64,000 bases of DNA, taken from contig CM102285.1 of NCBI GenBank assembly GCA_046563655.1, positions 1,860,001 to 1,924,000 on the forward strand. Direction: 5' to 3'. This DNA is from Yuukianura sp. NJ FZ-2021 (lineage: Eukaryota). Below the pieces are notes generated by a model. The model worked only from the letters and a program-made list of their open reading frames with translations, did no database searches and was not told the DNA's origin. Position numbers and translations under genes: made by a program. Below are positions 44,401 through 56,400 of this stretch, piece after piece. How positions within the stretch are numbered: position 1 is the stretch's first letter; every line of letters begins with the position of its first letter.

Positions 44401-47400
44401 CAAAAATTTATCAACGTTAAAATTCTTAATTAATTAGTAATTAAAGTTGAGGTTGAAGACCTCCTGATTTTCCAATACGCTTTTCAAAAATGTAACTTCC
44501 TGGTGTTCTAAATTAACTCTATTAATGGTCGACGCTTCACGTCTTTCGTACTTGATCTTTTGAGGATGATAAATCTCATAGGTATCAGCAAACCTCAATT
44601 TTAAACTCTTAACTAACCACTTTAAAGAATTGCGATGTCTAGGACCTTGTATGGGATACATGGAAGCAATTGGAATTGGAAGGAGCCGCACACGCTTGAC
44701 CCGAATAATGCTGATTGAGTTTATTGACGAATATTTGATTATCAATGTTTACGATATTAGGCAAGGGAATCTAACTTGCGAATCTTCAATTGCTACGTCT
44801 AATTCTTTTTTAAAGTCGTGTGAATTTGGAATTGAAATGTGTTTTTTTTCTATTGAATTTCAAGTGCGTTCCTCTGGGATCCAGAAGATAGTTATGCGCA
44901 AGGGCAAAATCTCTTTCCGTTTGAGTCAATCAGAATCTGTTTCCCTCTCTCAACAACCAAAGTCACCGTTACAGTGGTTTGCTTAATAATTTGTTCGTTG
45001 TTACCGACAGCTGGAACTCTGTTGCCATGTTCATCAATGACGTAAATGATTTCGGTGCTGCCGCCCTTGACTGGGACTCGGTTGCCATGTTCATCAATGG
45101 TGTAAATGATCGTGGTATCACCAGCATTTCCACTTACAGGAACTCGGTTGCCATGTTCATCAATGGTATAAATGATTTCGGTGCTGCCGCCATTGACTGG
45201 GACTCGGTTGCCATGTTCATCAACGGTGTAAATGATCGTGGTATCACCGCCATTACCCTTCACAGGAACTCGGTTGCCATGTTCATCAATGGTGTAAATG
45301 ATCGTGGTATCACCGCCATTACCCTTCACAGGAACCCGGTTGCCATGTTCATCAACGGTGTAAATGATCGTTGTATCACCGCCATTACCAGTCACAGGAA
45401 CTCTGTTGCCATGTTCATCAATGGTATAAATGATCGTGGTATCACCGCCATTACCCTTCACAGGAACTCGGTTGCCATTTTCGTCAATGGTATAAATGAT
45501 TTCGGTGCTGCCGCCATTGACTGGAACTCGGTTGCCATGTTCATCAACGGTGTAAATGATCGTGGTATCACCGCCATTACCTTTCACAGGAACTCGGTTG
45601 CCATGTTCATCAATGGTATAAATGATTTCGGTGCTGCCGCCCTTGACTGGGACTCGGTTGCCATGTTCATCAATGGTGTAAATGATCGTGGTATCACCTG
45701 CATTGCCTTTACCAGGAACTCTGTTTCCATGTTCGTCGATGACGATCGTAGTATCACCGCCATTGCCCTTCACAGGAACTCGGTTGCCATTTTCGTCAAT
45801 GGTATAAATGATTTCGGTGCTGCCGCCATTGACTGGAACTCGGTTGCCATGTTCATCAACGGTGTAAATGATCGTGGTATCACCGCCATTACCCTTCACA
45901 GGAACTCGGTTGCCATGTTCATCAATGGTATAAATGATTTCGGTGCTGCCGCCCTTGACTGGGACTCGGTTGCCATGTTCATCAATGGTGTAAATGATCG
46001 TGGTATCACCTGCATTGCCTTTACCAGGAACTCTGTTTCCATGTTCGTCGATGACGATCGTAGTATCACCGCCATTACCCTTCACAGGAACTCTGTTGCC
46101 ATGTTCATCAATGGTGTAAATGATCGTGGTATCACCGCCATTACCCTTCACAGGAACTCTGTTGCCATGTTCATCAATGGTGTAAATGATCGTGGTATCA
46201 CCGCCATTACCTTTCACAGGAACTCGGTTGCCATGTTCATCAATGGTATAAATGATTTCGGTGCTGCCGCCCTTGACTGGGACTCGGTTGCCATGTTCAT
46301 CAATGGTGTAAATGATCGTGGTATCACCTGCATTGCCTTTACCAGGAACTCTGTTTCCATGTTCGTCGATGACGATCGTGGTATCACCGCCATTACCCTT
46401 CACAGGAACTCGGTTGCCATTCTCATCAATGGTATAAATGATTTCGGTGCTACCGCCATTGACTGGGACTCGGTTGCCATGTTCATCAACGGTGTAAATG
46501 ATCGTGGTATCACCGCCATTACCCTTCACAGGAACTCGGTTGCCATGTTCATCAATGGTATAAATGATTTCGGTGCTGCCGCCCTTGACTGGGACTCGGT
46601 TGCCATGTTCATCAATGGTGTAAATGATCGTGGTATCACCTGCATTGCCTTTATTAGGAACTCTGTTTCCATGTTCGTCGATGACGATCGTGGTATCACC
46701 GCCATTACCCTTCACAGGAACTCGGTTGCCATGTTCATCAATGGTGTAAATGATCGTGGTATCACCGCCATTACCCTTCACAGGAACTCTGTTGCCATGT
46801 TCATCAATGGTGTAAATGATCGTTGTATCACCGCCATTACCAGTCATAGGAACTCGGTTGCCATGTTCATCAATGGTGTAAATAATTTCGGTACTGCCGC
46901 CCTTGACTGGAACTCTGTTTCCATGTTCATCGATGGTGTAAATGATCGTGGTATCACCGCCATTACCAGTAGCTGGAACTCTGTTTCCATGTTCATCAAG
47001 TGCGTAGATGATCTGACTGCCTTCTGGTACTTGTACTTTATTTCCATTCTCGTCGATGGTCCAAACGTAGTGGGTCGTTGTAGTTGTGCTGGAGCCGCCA
47101 GTAGCTGGAACTCGGTTTCCATGTTCATCAAGTACGTAGATTATCTGACTGCCTTCTGGTACTTGTACTTTATTTCCATTCTCGTCGATGGTCCAAACGT
47201 AATGGGTCGTTGTGGTTGTGCTGGAACCGCCAGTAGCTGGAACTCGATTTCCATGTTTATCAAGTACGTAGATGATCTGGTTACTGCCTTCTGGTACTTG
47301 TACTTTGTTTCCATTCTCATCGATGGTCCAAACGTAGTGGGTCGTTGTGGTTGTACTGGAACCGCCAGTAGCTGGAACTCGGTTGCCATGTTCATCAAGT

Positions 47401-50400
47401 ACGTAGATGATCTGGTTACTGCCTTCTGGTACTTGTACTTTGTTTCCATTCTCATCGATGGTCCAAACGTAGTGGGTCGTTGTGGTTGTACTGGAACCGC
47501 CAGTAGCTGGAACTCGGTTGCCATGTTCATCAAGTACGTAGATGATCTGGTTACTGCCTTCTGGTACTTGTACTTTGTTTCCATTCTCATCTATGGTCCA
47601 AACGTAATGTGTGGTTGTGGTTGTGCTGGTACCAGTAATTGGAATGCGGTTTCCGTGCTCATCTACTCTGTATTCGCCTTGCCAGGAGATGCTGCCTCCT
47701 CCTGTTGGGAATTCAATTTGGCCTCCCTGACCGCCTAAAGAGAGTCCACTGCCGCCGGTTTGAAATCCACCATGACCTCCAGAAGTCTGCCAAGAGATTT
47801 CCTTTCCACCGTTTCCGCTACTTCCCCATGAGACACCACCAGGCAGACCACCAAGTCCACCCTGGCCACCACTTGTTTGCCAAGAAACTCCGTTTCCGCC
47901 TCCACTTTGCCAAGAAACACCACCGTTTCCACCACCGCTTTGCCAGGAAACGCCACTGTTACCGCCGTTTCCTCCGCCGCTTTGCCAAGATACACCATTT
48001 CCTCCGCTTCCGCTTCCGCCCCAAGAGACTCCGCCAGAGAGGCCACCAGGTAGACTGCCGGATATACCGCCGGAAGATACACTGCCAGAAATACCTCCGG
48101 TTAGACCTCCAACTGGAACGAAATAATCAATGCAGTTTTATAATGCGCTACTTAACCTTCTGTATCTTTATACAGTATTGTTCCGCGAAAAGTAGACACA
48201 AACAAACTCAAAAGTTTGGTAAACTTGATTCTAAATTTCTGGAAATTTCAGATTATGAAAAAATATTTAGCCTCAGACAGCTTTACCAACAAAAGTCTTT
48301 CCAAGTTTGCGCATAATCTGAGTATAGCTGAGTAATTTTGTAGAATTTTTTTTTTATAAAGGTATCATTTGTGTCAATACTTCGCAATGAAATTGGCAAA
48401 GCATGCTTTTCTAGAACAATTGCAACTCACTTGATTTGGAAAACGCAGCAGCATCACCCTGTTGGGAAATGGAAACAATTTTTTTTTAAAGTTTTGTTAG
48501 ATTAAATTTTTAAGAAATTTTAAATCTAATCTAAAGCATAATTGGTTCGTCCGAACACAGAATTACGACATTCACATTTCTTCAGTTATACGAAAATAAG
48601 TTTTTTTAAAAAGAATTTCTTAATTTAATCTTTACCTAACATTCAATTCAATTTTTTAAAAACTTACCGCAACTACTATAGCCAAAACGCACAAGAGTGA
48701 ACGAGTTACCATAGTCTTGGATTTGAATTCAGTCTCTCTTTTTAGTTTTGAGAGACAGTTGAGTCTATCAACTGGAATGAACTTGGTCAGTCGCAAGAAT
48801 ATTTGAACAAGAATTAATCGGTTGCTAACGTGTCACAACTCCACTTAATTGCCACGATAATCGTCACAGTTCCTTGTTTTAATTGGTTAATCGCTTTACC
48901 ACATGGGGTGGTTATGCGATTTTTGAAATTTCATCGTTGCAGGTCTAACCACCACTGTTACCAAGCAGCTTAGAAAGGATTATGCACTGTAGGTGCGGTT
49001 TTTGCAAAACTCATGGTGTATCCGTGATTTCAAGGCGGTTGCTACGGTTAAGTTAAAATAATCTCCAATTTGAGGGCATTTAGAAAAAATGTTGAGAAGA
49101 GATGCACTCGTTTAATTAAAAAAAATTAAAACCAGAATTTTTATGCCAAATTTTTGGTTGTAGTTTTCCATTGGTTTTTTGTTGTTACTCGTCCGATCTT
49201 TTACAATTTCCGCGTCTCTTTATCCAACGCACCGCATACCACTGAAAATGAAAATTTCAAAAAAAAGTCAAACAACTTTGCAGAACTTTTTTGAAATTGG
49301 TTTCTATGATGACTTACGCGTTAGAGCCGTCGTCTCCATCACCTTTGAGGGAATTAGCCATGAAGACAGCGGAAGAATACGAAAGTCGTTTTTGTCGTTT
49401 CTGTTCCGGGAGATTTCCATTCTCCGCCTCTACTGCTCTAAATTTTGATTTAAAAAAACACAATTTATAGCTTTAGAAAAGTGAAGAAAAGTCAATACAT
49501 TTTTCAAAAACTCGAAAACTGAGAGTACATTGGTGGGACCAAACTAAAAGCTCAAACTATTCAACAGTAAAGTTGTTGCAAAAATTTCGGTTTTTGAATT
49601 TTCGAATTTGTGGAGTGTCACCAAGGTTGATAAAGAAAGAATTACTTTTCCATTAACAGGTTAGGCAATAACTTGAGTTTTAAGTTTTTTGGGAAAAATT
49701 TTCAAACTGAATTCACCTAGTTTCAATCGCGGTTGGTATGGTAAACGGATTAAAAAATTCAGAGAGATGGCTTTTGAATTGGGAAATTCAAAGTAAAGAA
49801 AAGATTAAAAGGTAGAAAAACAACAATTAGAAAACAAAAAGAGAAATATAGAAAACAAGAAGAAAAAATTGTTTGAGTCAATATTTTTCAAAACAGGGCT
49901 TATTGCCTAACCTGTTAAAGGAAAACTATTTTGTTGCTATAGTAACGTTGAAATTCATGTGATATGTTGAGTATCACATGAATTTCGAACATTCCAAGGC
50001 AACTAAACAAAAAGACACAAGAGCTTTCTAAGGTAGTCTCACGAGCGGTTTTTTCAATTTTTTTTGCGATATTTTTTAGTGGGGCGGATTGTTCGGTTTC
50101 CAAGGAAATAAAACTTTATAAAATTCGTACAAAGGTTGGTTGAGGTAACAATGATGTGTTACTTGTAACCAGTGTTCAGTATTTTATGCAAATCAACTAT
50201 TTGCCATAGAGTTGCATTGAATTCGTAGTAATTATAAGGGTAAAATTTGTCGATTCCATTTTACAATCCAAAAACCAATCTACACCATTAGCCCCATTAT
50301 TGGCTACACTGGGTGGTTACAATGGAGGAATTTGACTTTGTACTCCGACCGACGGAAAACGTTGTCAGAGCAAAGTTAATAACAAACAATCCGCCCCACT

Positions 50401-53400
50401 AAAAAATATCGCGAAAAAAATTGAAAAAACCGCTCGTGAGACTACCTTAGAAAGCTCGTGTGTCTTTTTGTTTAGTTGCCTTGGAACATTCCAAATAATT
50501 TGAACAGTACTTCGCTTCGCGTGTCTGTCTGCTTTTTGCATTGCCTCGTGTAATTCCCCTCCCATTTTGAGATGAGTCACCATTGGTTGATTCTGGAACG
50601 CGTTCTGCTGGGAATGATTTGTACTTGAGAAATTCTCCAAGTTCTACTTCCGTGTCATACATTGATGTCAACATGCCGCCAAAAGTTGGCGGGTAAATTC
50701 GGTTTTCGCTGAACTTGAATACCGTTTCATTCATGGCATACATAACCAATACACCTGGTAGCCCTGCATCTTCATCCAGCTCAACCAATCCCGTTCCGTT
50801 TCGGGCTCGAATGATGCTGATGTCGGTATTTGCACAATCCAATTTGCATTTCTCTGTTAACAGAAAAAAAATATTTCAAAAATACTTTTTGAGATTTTAG
50901 AAACTTCGAAAAAAAAGTGGAAGTTTTGGAACCAAAGAAAAGCGGGATAAGATTTTGCCGAGTTTTGCGCAGAAACAAGTCTCGTTTTGGATCCATTTTG
51001 GCATACTGTGCGCATTCTTGCATTTCGTTTTTCCCTAGAAAAATTTTGTCTTTGTTCGTAAAAGTGTATTTCTCCATAAACGAATCTCCGTCTTGATCTT
51101 CAAAGTGGTATTCATTAACTCCATGCAAATCAGGTGCAAGTGCGACGCAGCGACGATGAATGTCACCGCGAAACGAACGCAGTTCACCGTTTAGCACAAA
51201 AACGTGAGTTTTGCCTCCTGCTAGTGGAATTTGAGCAGGTTGATCTGCGTAGCTTGTGTAAAGATCAATCGTCTCTGAAATGACGACGACGAATGGAATG
51301 TTTGGAGCTTTTTGCCACATTGCCCAGGGAAGGAGTTTAATGTACGATTTGGCGGGACGGGCCAAACATTGACCATAACCAAATACTATGTCTTCATAAA
51401 TTTTATTGGAGTTGTATGTGATGAACCTGAAAAAGTTTAAAAATTAAAATTTTTAGAAAACTTTGAAAAATTTATGACTTTCAAACCTACGGCAAATTAC
51501 TTAGAAACTAAATCGGAATTTATTTTCTAAATAATTTCAGCATGTTCGAGGAGGGGAGAATAAGAAATGTCGTGCACAAAATTCTTGGGAAAATTTGTAT
51601 TGAAATTTTAAAATATCACAAAAATTTTTGTTTCTAAACAACTTGCTGTTGGGAATTTTTTTTTTTACATTTTAAATTTTGATTGGTTGACTTACGCTCC
51701 GTTGAATCTGAGTTGCTTAGAACTAAATTCCTTCATGGCTTCCGCATCTCTGCAAATCTTTTCCTCTCCCGGATTCTCTACACTGCAGTACTCGATAAAC
51801 GAATTTTTCTCATGTCCAGTTCCCGCGCAAATTTGAATCTGCAAAATCGTCACTGCGCCCAGAATTATCCTCAAGTGCGACCTCCACATTGAATCCAACA
51901 ATTGAAAAAAATTTACAAAAGTAACAAAAATTAAAAAACGTTATCAAACGTATGTTCCTGGTTATTCGGAATTTTAATTCCTTGAAACCATATTGTCTCA
52001 CTTGCTTAGTTTTTAATTAACTTAATTACCCACTACTTCAACAAAGATAAGAATTAACAAAGTCCATAAGCTAGGTTGAATAGAACAATTTACTTTTTAT
52101 TGCTACTTTCTTTTTCAGTACTAAAATTGTTTATAGAAAACAATTGCATCAGTGTAGCCCAGTCCTTTTAAATTTCCAGCCTTCGGCACACGCCCGATTT
52201 CTTCAAATCCAAACTTTCTCCAGAGTTTGATCGATGCTTCATTCGTGACATAAACCAAGTTAAAGACGCTTGCTTTGTAACCAAGGTCAGGAGCCACTTG
52301 AATAAACTTTGGAACCAAGTATGTAGCTACTCCTTGACCTTGCCAATCTTCATGCACTATGAAACCGGCATTGCAAATGTGGGAACTCCTCCCGGGGTAA
52401 TTCGGCTTAACATAGAATCCACCGATGACTTGACCTGTCTTGACCTCTCTTAGTACAAATGTTTCATGAGATAAGTAATAAGCTCTGAAATCATCCAGAC
52501 TGTTCATGACTTCTTGTGGATATGTTTGACCCTGGTCTAAAATTGTTTTGAAAATTGAAAATAGTTGAGGCACGTCTGCTTCTGCGTAGTGGTCAAATTC
52601 AACTTCAGTGCCTGACCTCAGTTGACCTTTGACTGGCAAGTAGTGCAGTCGCTGTTTCCCTTTGTTCTCAATCACATATGCTGCCATTCTAAAATGAATT
52701 TGCTTTGTTAGATACTATTTGCTGTTTGTTTTATATTTTTCACTTTGTTATGTATATTAATTAAATCACGGTTGAAAGAAACACTGACGAGGTGTACTTC
52801 ACAAGTAAAGAATGAATAGATTTATGGCAACTGTTACAAGCGGGGCTGGGTTTAGTTGTAAGGTTTTTGCATCAACTTTTAAGAACATGAGATAATGGAT
52901 ATCTAGTTCCTTGACCTTTGACACGGCACGTGAAATGTACTCTTCTGTGTTTAAAATTACCCGCGCAAATGAAAATTTTGAACCTTTTACAATGAAGAAT
53001 TTCTGTGGTTGCTTTAATTAACTTTTCTGTTGTTCTGATTTTCAGTTACAACCAGAAGAAAAGGAAATTTGCCTGAGGTCATGTGATTTGCAGAGAATGA
53101 CGCCATTGCACTGTAATTCTGTTGCCTCTTTTCACTTTAACCTAACATTTTCAATTTCCATTACGAAAGTTCATATCTCAAAAACAAATTTCCTAAATTT
53201 TAGGTGCTGCTATTTTTGATCACTGTGATTTGGTGGAGTACCTGATTTCTCAGGTTAAAAACTAAAAACTTATTAACAAAAACGTTTATTTTTTACATTA
53301 AGTTTTTTGACTAAATTTAATTAATAAAATGCGTTGTCATAAATCATATTTTTTTAAAAAAAATTTCATTAAGTTTTTGTTGTAATTGTATGTAGGGTAG

Positions 53401-56400
53401 TGCCGTTAACGCTTTAGACAAGGAGCGACGGTCACCCCTGCATTTGGCTGCTTTTCGAAACGGTTGGAAAACAATGCGAACTTTAATGAGACTCGGAGCT
53501 TCGACGAGCGTAAAGGACAACGACAACAGAAATGTTCTGCACGCCATTGTCATTCATGGTGGCGAGTTGGACAAGTTCCTGGATGACGAAATTTGTGTAA
53601 CCTTAACTTTTTGAAAACTTTTGGTTTAAATTCAATGTCTTACATTAGTTTTCTGTTTCTATCGTGCATTAGTTCTTTACAGGCTTCTAATTTGCTTTCA
53701 GCAGAGCAAAATACTTACTTAAGCATCTTCGCTCTGGAAAAGTCACTACCCTACTTTTGTGACAAAATGATAATTATCATTTTGTCACGAAAAATAGGTC
53801 ACAAAAAATTTCAATTTCATTTAAATTAATTAAATTGAAATTGAAATTTGGTTCAATAGAAATTAAACAAAAAATAAAATATTTAGAAAGTTTTTCATTG
53901 TAAAAGTATTTTTTTTAACAATGATTTTTTTTTCAGACTGAATTCATTCCAATCTTGGAAGAAAAAGATAAAAATGGATTTACACCTTTGCATTACGGTA
54001 TTTGGCAATATTCAATCTAGTTTTACTAACACAACTTTTAGTTAAATTAGTTAAAATTAATAGTTCCTAACTTAATTTCTGTTTTTTTTATAATAGCTGC
54101 AAAACACGGACATATTAAAACTGCTGCCAAACTTTTAAAGCTGGGAGCAAATGTGGCAACTAAAAACAACGAAGGCGAAAACGTTTTCCACTTGGCTTGC
54201 CGGTGACGCTTCATAAATTTTTAGGCAAAATTTTGTTTTCTTCGAGTTGGTTTGTTTTAAAATTAGGAATTGTTTAATTTTTTAAAGTTTTGGACGCGTC
54301 AACATTATCAGCTTGATTTTGAAAACCGAAATTAACAATTCCATTATCAACGAGGGAAACGGAAAGGGCTTGACTCCACTTCACATTGCCAGCACTGAAG
54401 GTCAACTTTAATAAATATTGATAACTATAATAATATTAATTAAAATAAATGTATAAATAAAATGTTAATAATTTTCTTCTTAGGTCATCTGCGTGTGGTA
54501 CAAATACTTTTGAAAAGAGGAGCCATTTTACACCGTGACCACGACGGCCGGACACCGCTTCACTTGGCATCTAAAAATGGACACAGAGACACCATGAAAC
54601 TCATTCTCAATGTCCATTCTCACTTGCTTGACCAAATTGACAAAGATGGGGTACCTGCTCAATTTTTTCAAAAACTCAAAATTTTGATACAAATTTTCAA
54701 TTTTTTTGATTTTTAGAACACAGCTCTTCATGTGGCTAGTCAGGAAGATCAACCAGCAGCGGTTGACCTTCTGTTGACCTCCAACTGCTCGTTGACCTAC
54801 AATCACAATGGATTCAGTGCTATTGACTTTGCTCTGCAAAACAAGTTTATGGGCGTGGCACTTGTAATGGTCACGCACCCAGCAAGGTAAAATTTACTTT
54901 CAAAAATGTTACAAATTTCAAAAATATCAAAATTTTGAAACATTTTTGGTTACAAGGGGAGACGAGGTACTGGGCATGACAACTGGGAAGTATCCGTCAG
55001 TGATGCTGGGGCTAATTGCAACTATGCCACAAGTCGTTACTGCCGTTTTGGATACTTGCATTACCAAGTCAGAGACAAAAAGCGACAGCGAGAGCTTCAA
55101 TGTAACAAAAAAAAGTTTGCACACGTCAAAACTTCAAAAATTTTGAACAAAATTAAAATTTTTTATGTGCAGATAAAGTTTGATTTCAAATGGCTGTCAT
55201 TGGTGGAACCAGAAAAATGTGAAGAAACTGCCAGCCAAGATGCAGCTTCCAGTCATCGCCGAGAGAAAGCAGATGAGAGCTTTGCCAGCGCTACGGAGAG
55301 AAAGCATTTGCCAATTCTAAATGTTTGGGCAAAAACATATTTGAAAAAATAATTTTTGAAATTTTCTAATTCTTAAAATTTGGTTTTTAGGGAATGGTTT
55401 CCTATGGGCGAGTGGAGCTCCTGAGTCACGAACTTTCTCTGAAATATTTGCAAATGAAGTGGAACGCTTATGGGAAGTACATTAACTTGGCGCAACTGAT
55501 TCTGTACTCACTGTACCTGGCATTTGTAACGCATTTTGCTGCGTCAGTTGTGCGTCATGACAATGACGTTGTAGATGACAACGACGAGGAAGAGCAACAT
55601 ATACGACGCATGCGCATGTTTGGCCATTTCAACGATACTTACACTGCATCTACTTTACATGCCGTAAGTAACCAAGAACTAAAGCAGAAACAAAACAAAT
55701 TCCTTCCGAGGCCCAACCACAAGTGTATTTTGGGTTTTTGAAATACATCGAAATTATGAACTTTCAAAACTTTACTTTTCATTTTTCTTTCTAAAATATT
55801 TTGAAAAAAAAAAATTAAATTAAACATTTTTTGTTTATAGGTTACACATCAGCAAACAATGATGCACAAACTCAATGCACTTGGGATTTTCTTGGTGGCG
55901 TTTTTGAATCTTGCACGTGAAGCTGGAAATTTGTATCAACAATCTCTGAAGTATGCTTTAGACACTGGGAATTGGTAAGCCAGAGACTGATAACTAGATG
56001 GTGCGAATGTCTAAAATTTTAAAATTTTCAAAAAATCTTTACTTTCAAAATTTAAGGATTTTCTGGGTTATGAACGGCGCATGCTTGGTGATGGTGGTAC
56101 AGGCTTTCTCACTATCTAATGACGATTCTGCAAATGCAAACACACCAGCGGCTTTGGCAGTATTTCTGGGATGGTTCTACTTGCTTTTGTTTTTGCAGCG
56201 GTAAAATTTCAAAATTTTAAAAAGTAAAAAATTTGACGTTAACTTGATACTAAATAAGTTTTTTTTTCAAAAACTAGATTCGACGTGGTTGGAATTTATG
56301 TCGTAATGTTCCTGGAAATTCTTCACACGCTTCTGCGCGTCCTCATGGTTTTTTCAATTTTAATTGTCGCTTTTGGCTTGGGATTCTACATTCTACTGTC

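Noticed and set aside
44434-44986. ORFs of 103 and 118 aa between the two paralogous secreted genes
   Set aside because: Non-ATG starts, no motifs, and they overlap the expected 3' UTR and promoter.
44990-47680. Regular ~60-66-bp repeats as a CRISPR array or satellite
   Set aside because: No unique spacers, all unit lengths are multiples of three, and the array lies in a spliced eukaryotic ORF; no cas genes are present.
44979-47738. 919-aa plus-strand ORF (NSVAMFING repeats)
   Set aside because: Antisense shadow of the repeat protein. A stop-free unit repeated in tandem keeps the opposite frame open, and the minus strand has the signal peptide, splice sites and a paralogue.
46844-48316. ORFs 46844-47131, 47141-47590, 47735-48082 (minus) and 47639-48316 (plus)
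   Set aside because: Alternative-frame or antisense readings of exon 3 of the repeat protein.
55173-55322. Second TRPA1 alternative-exon pair (ankyrin-to-TM linker) as in Drosophila
   Set aside because: Only one linker exon is seen, and the flanking introns (~70 bp) are too short to hold another.
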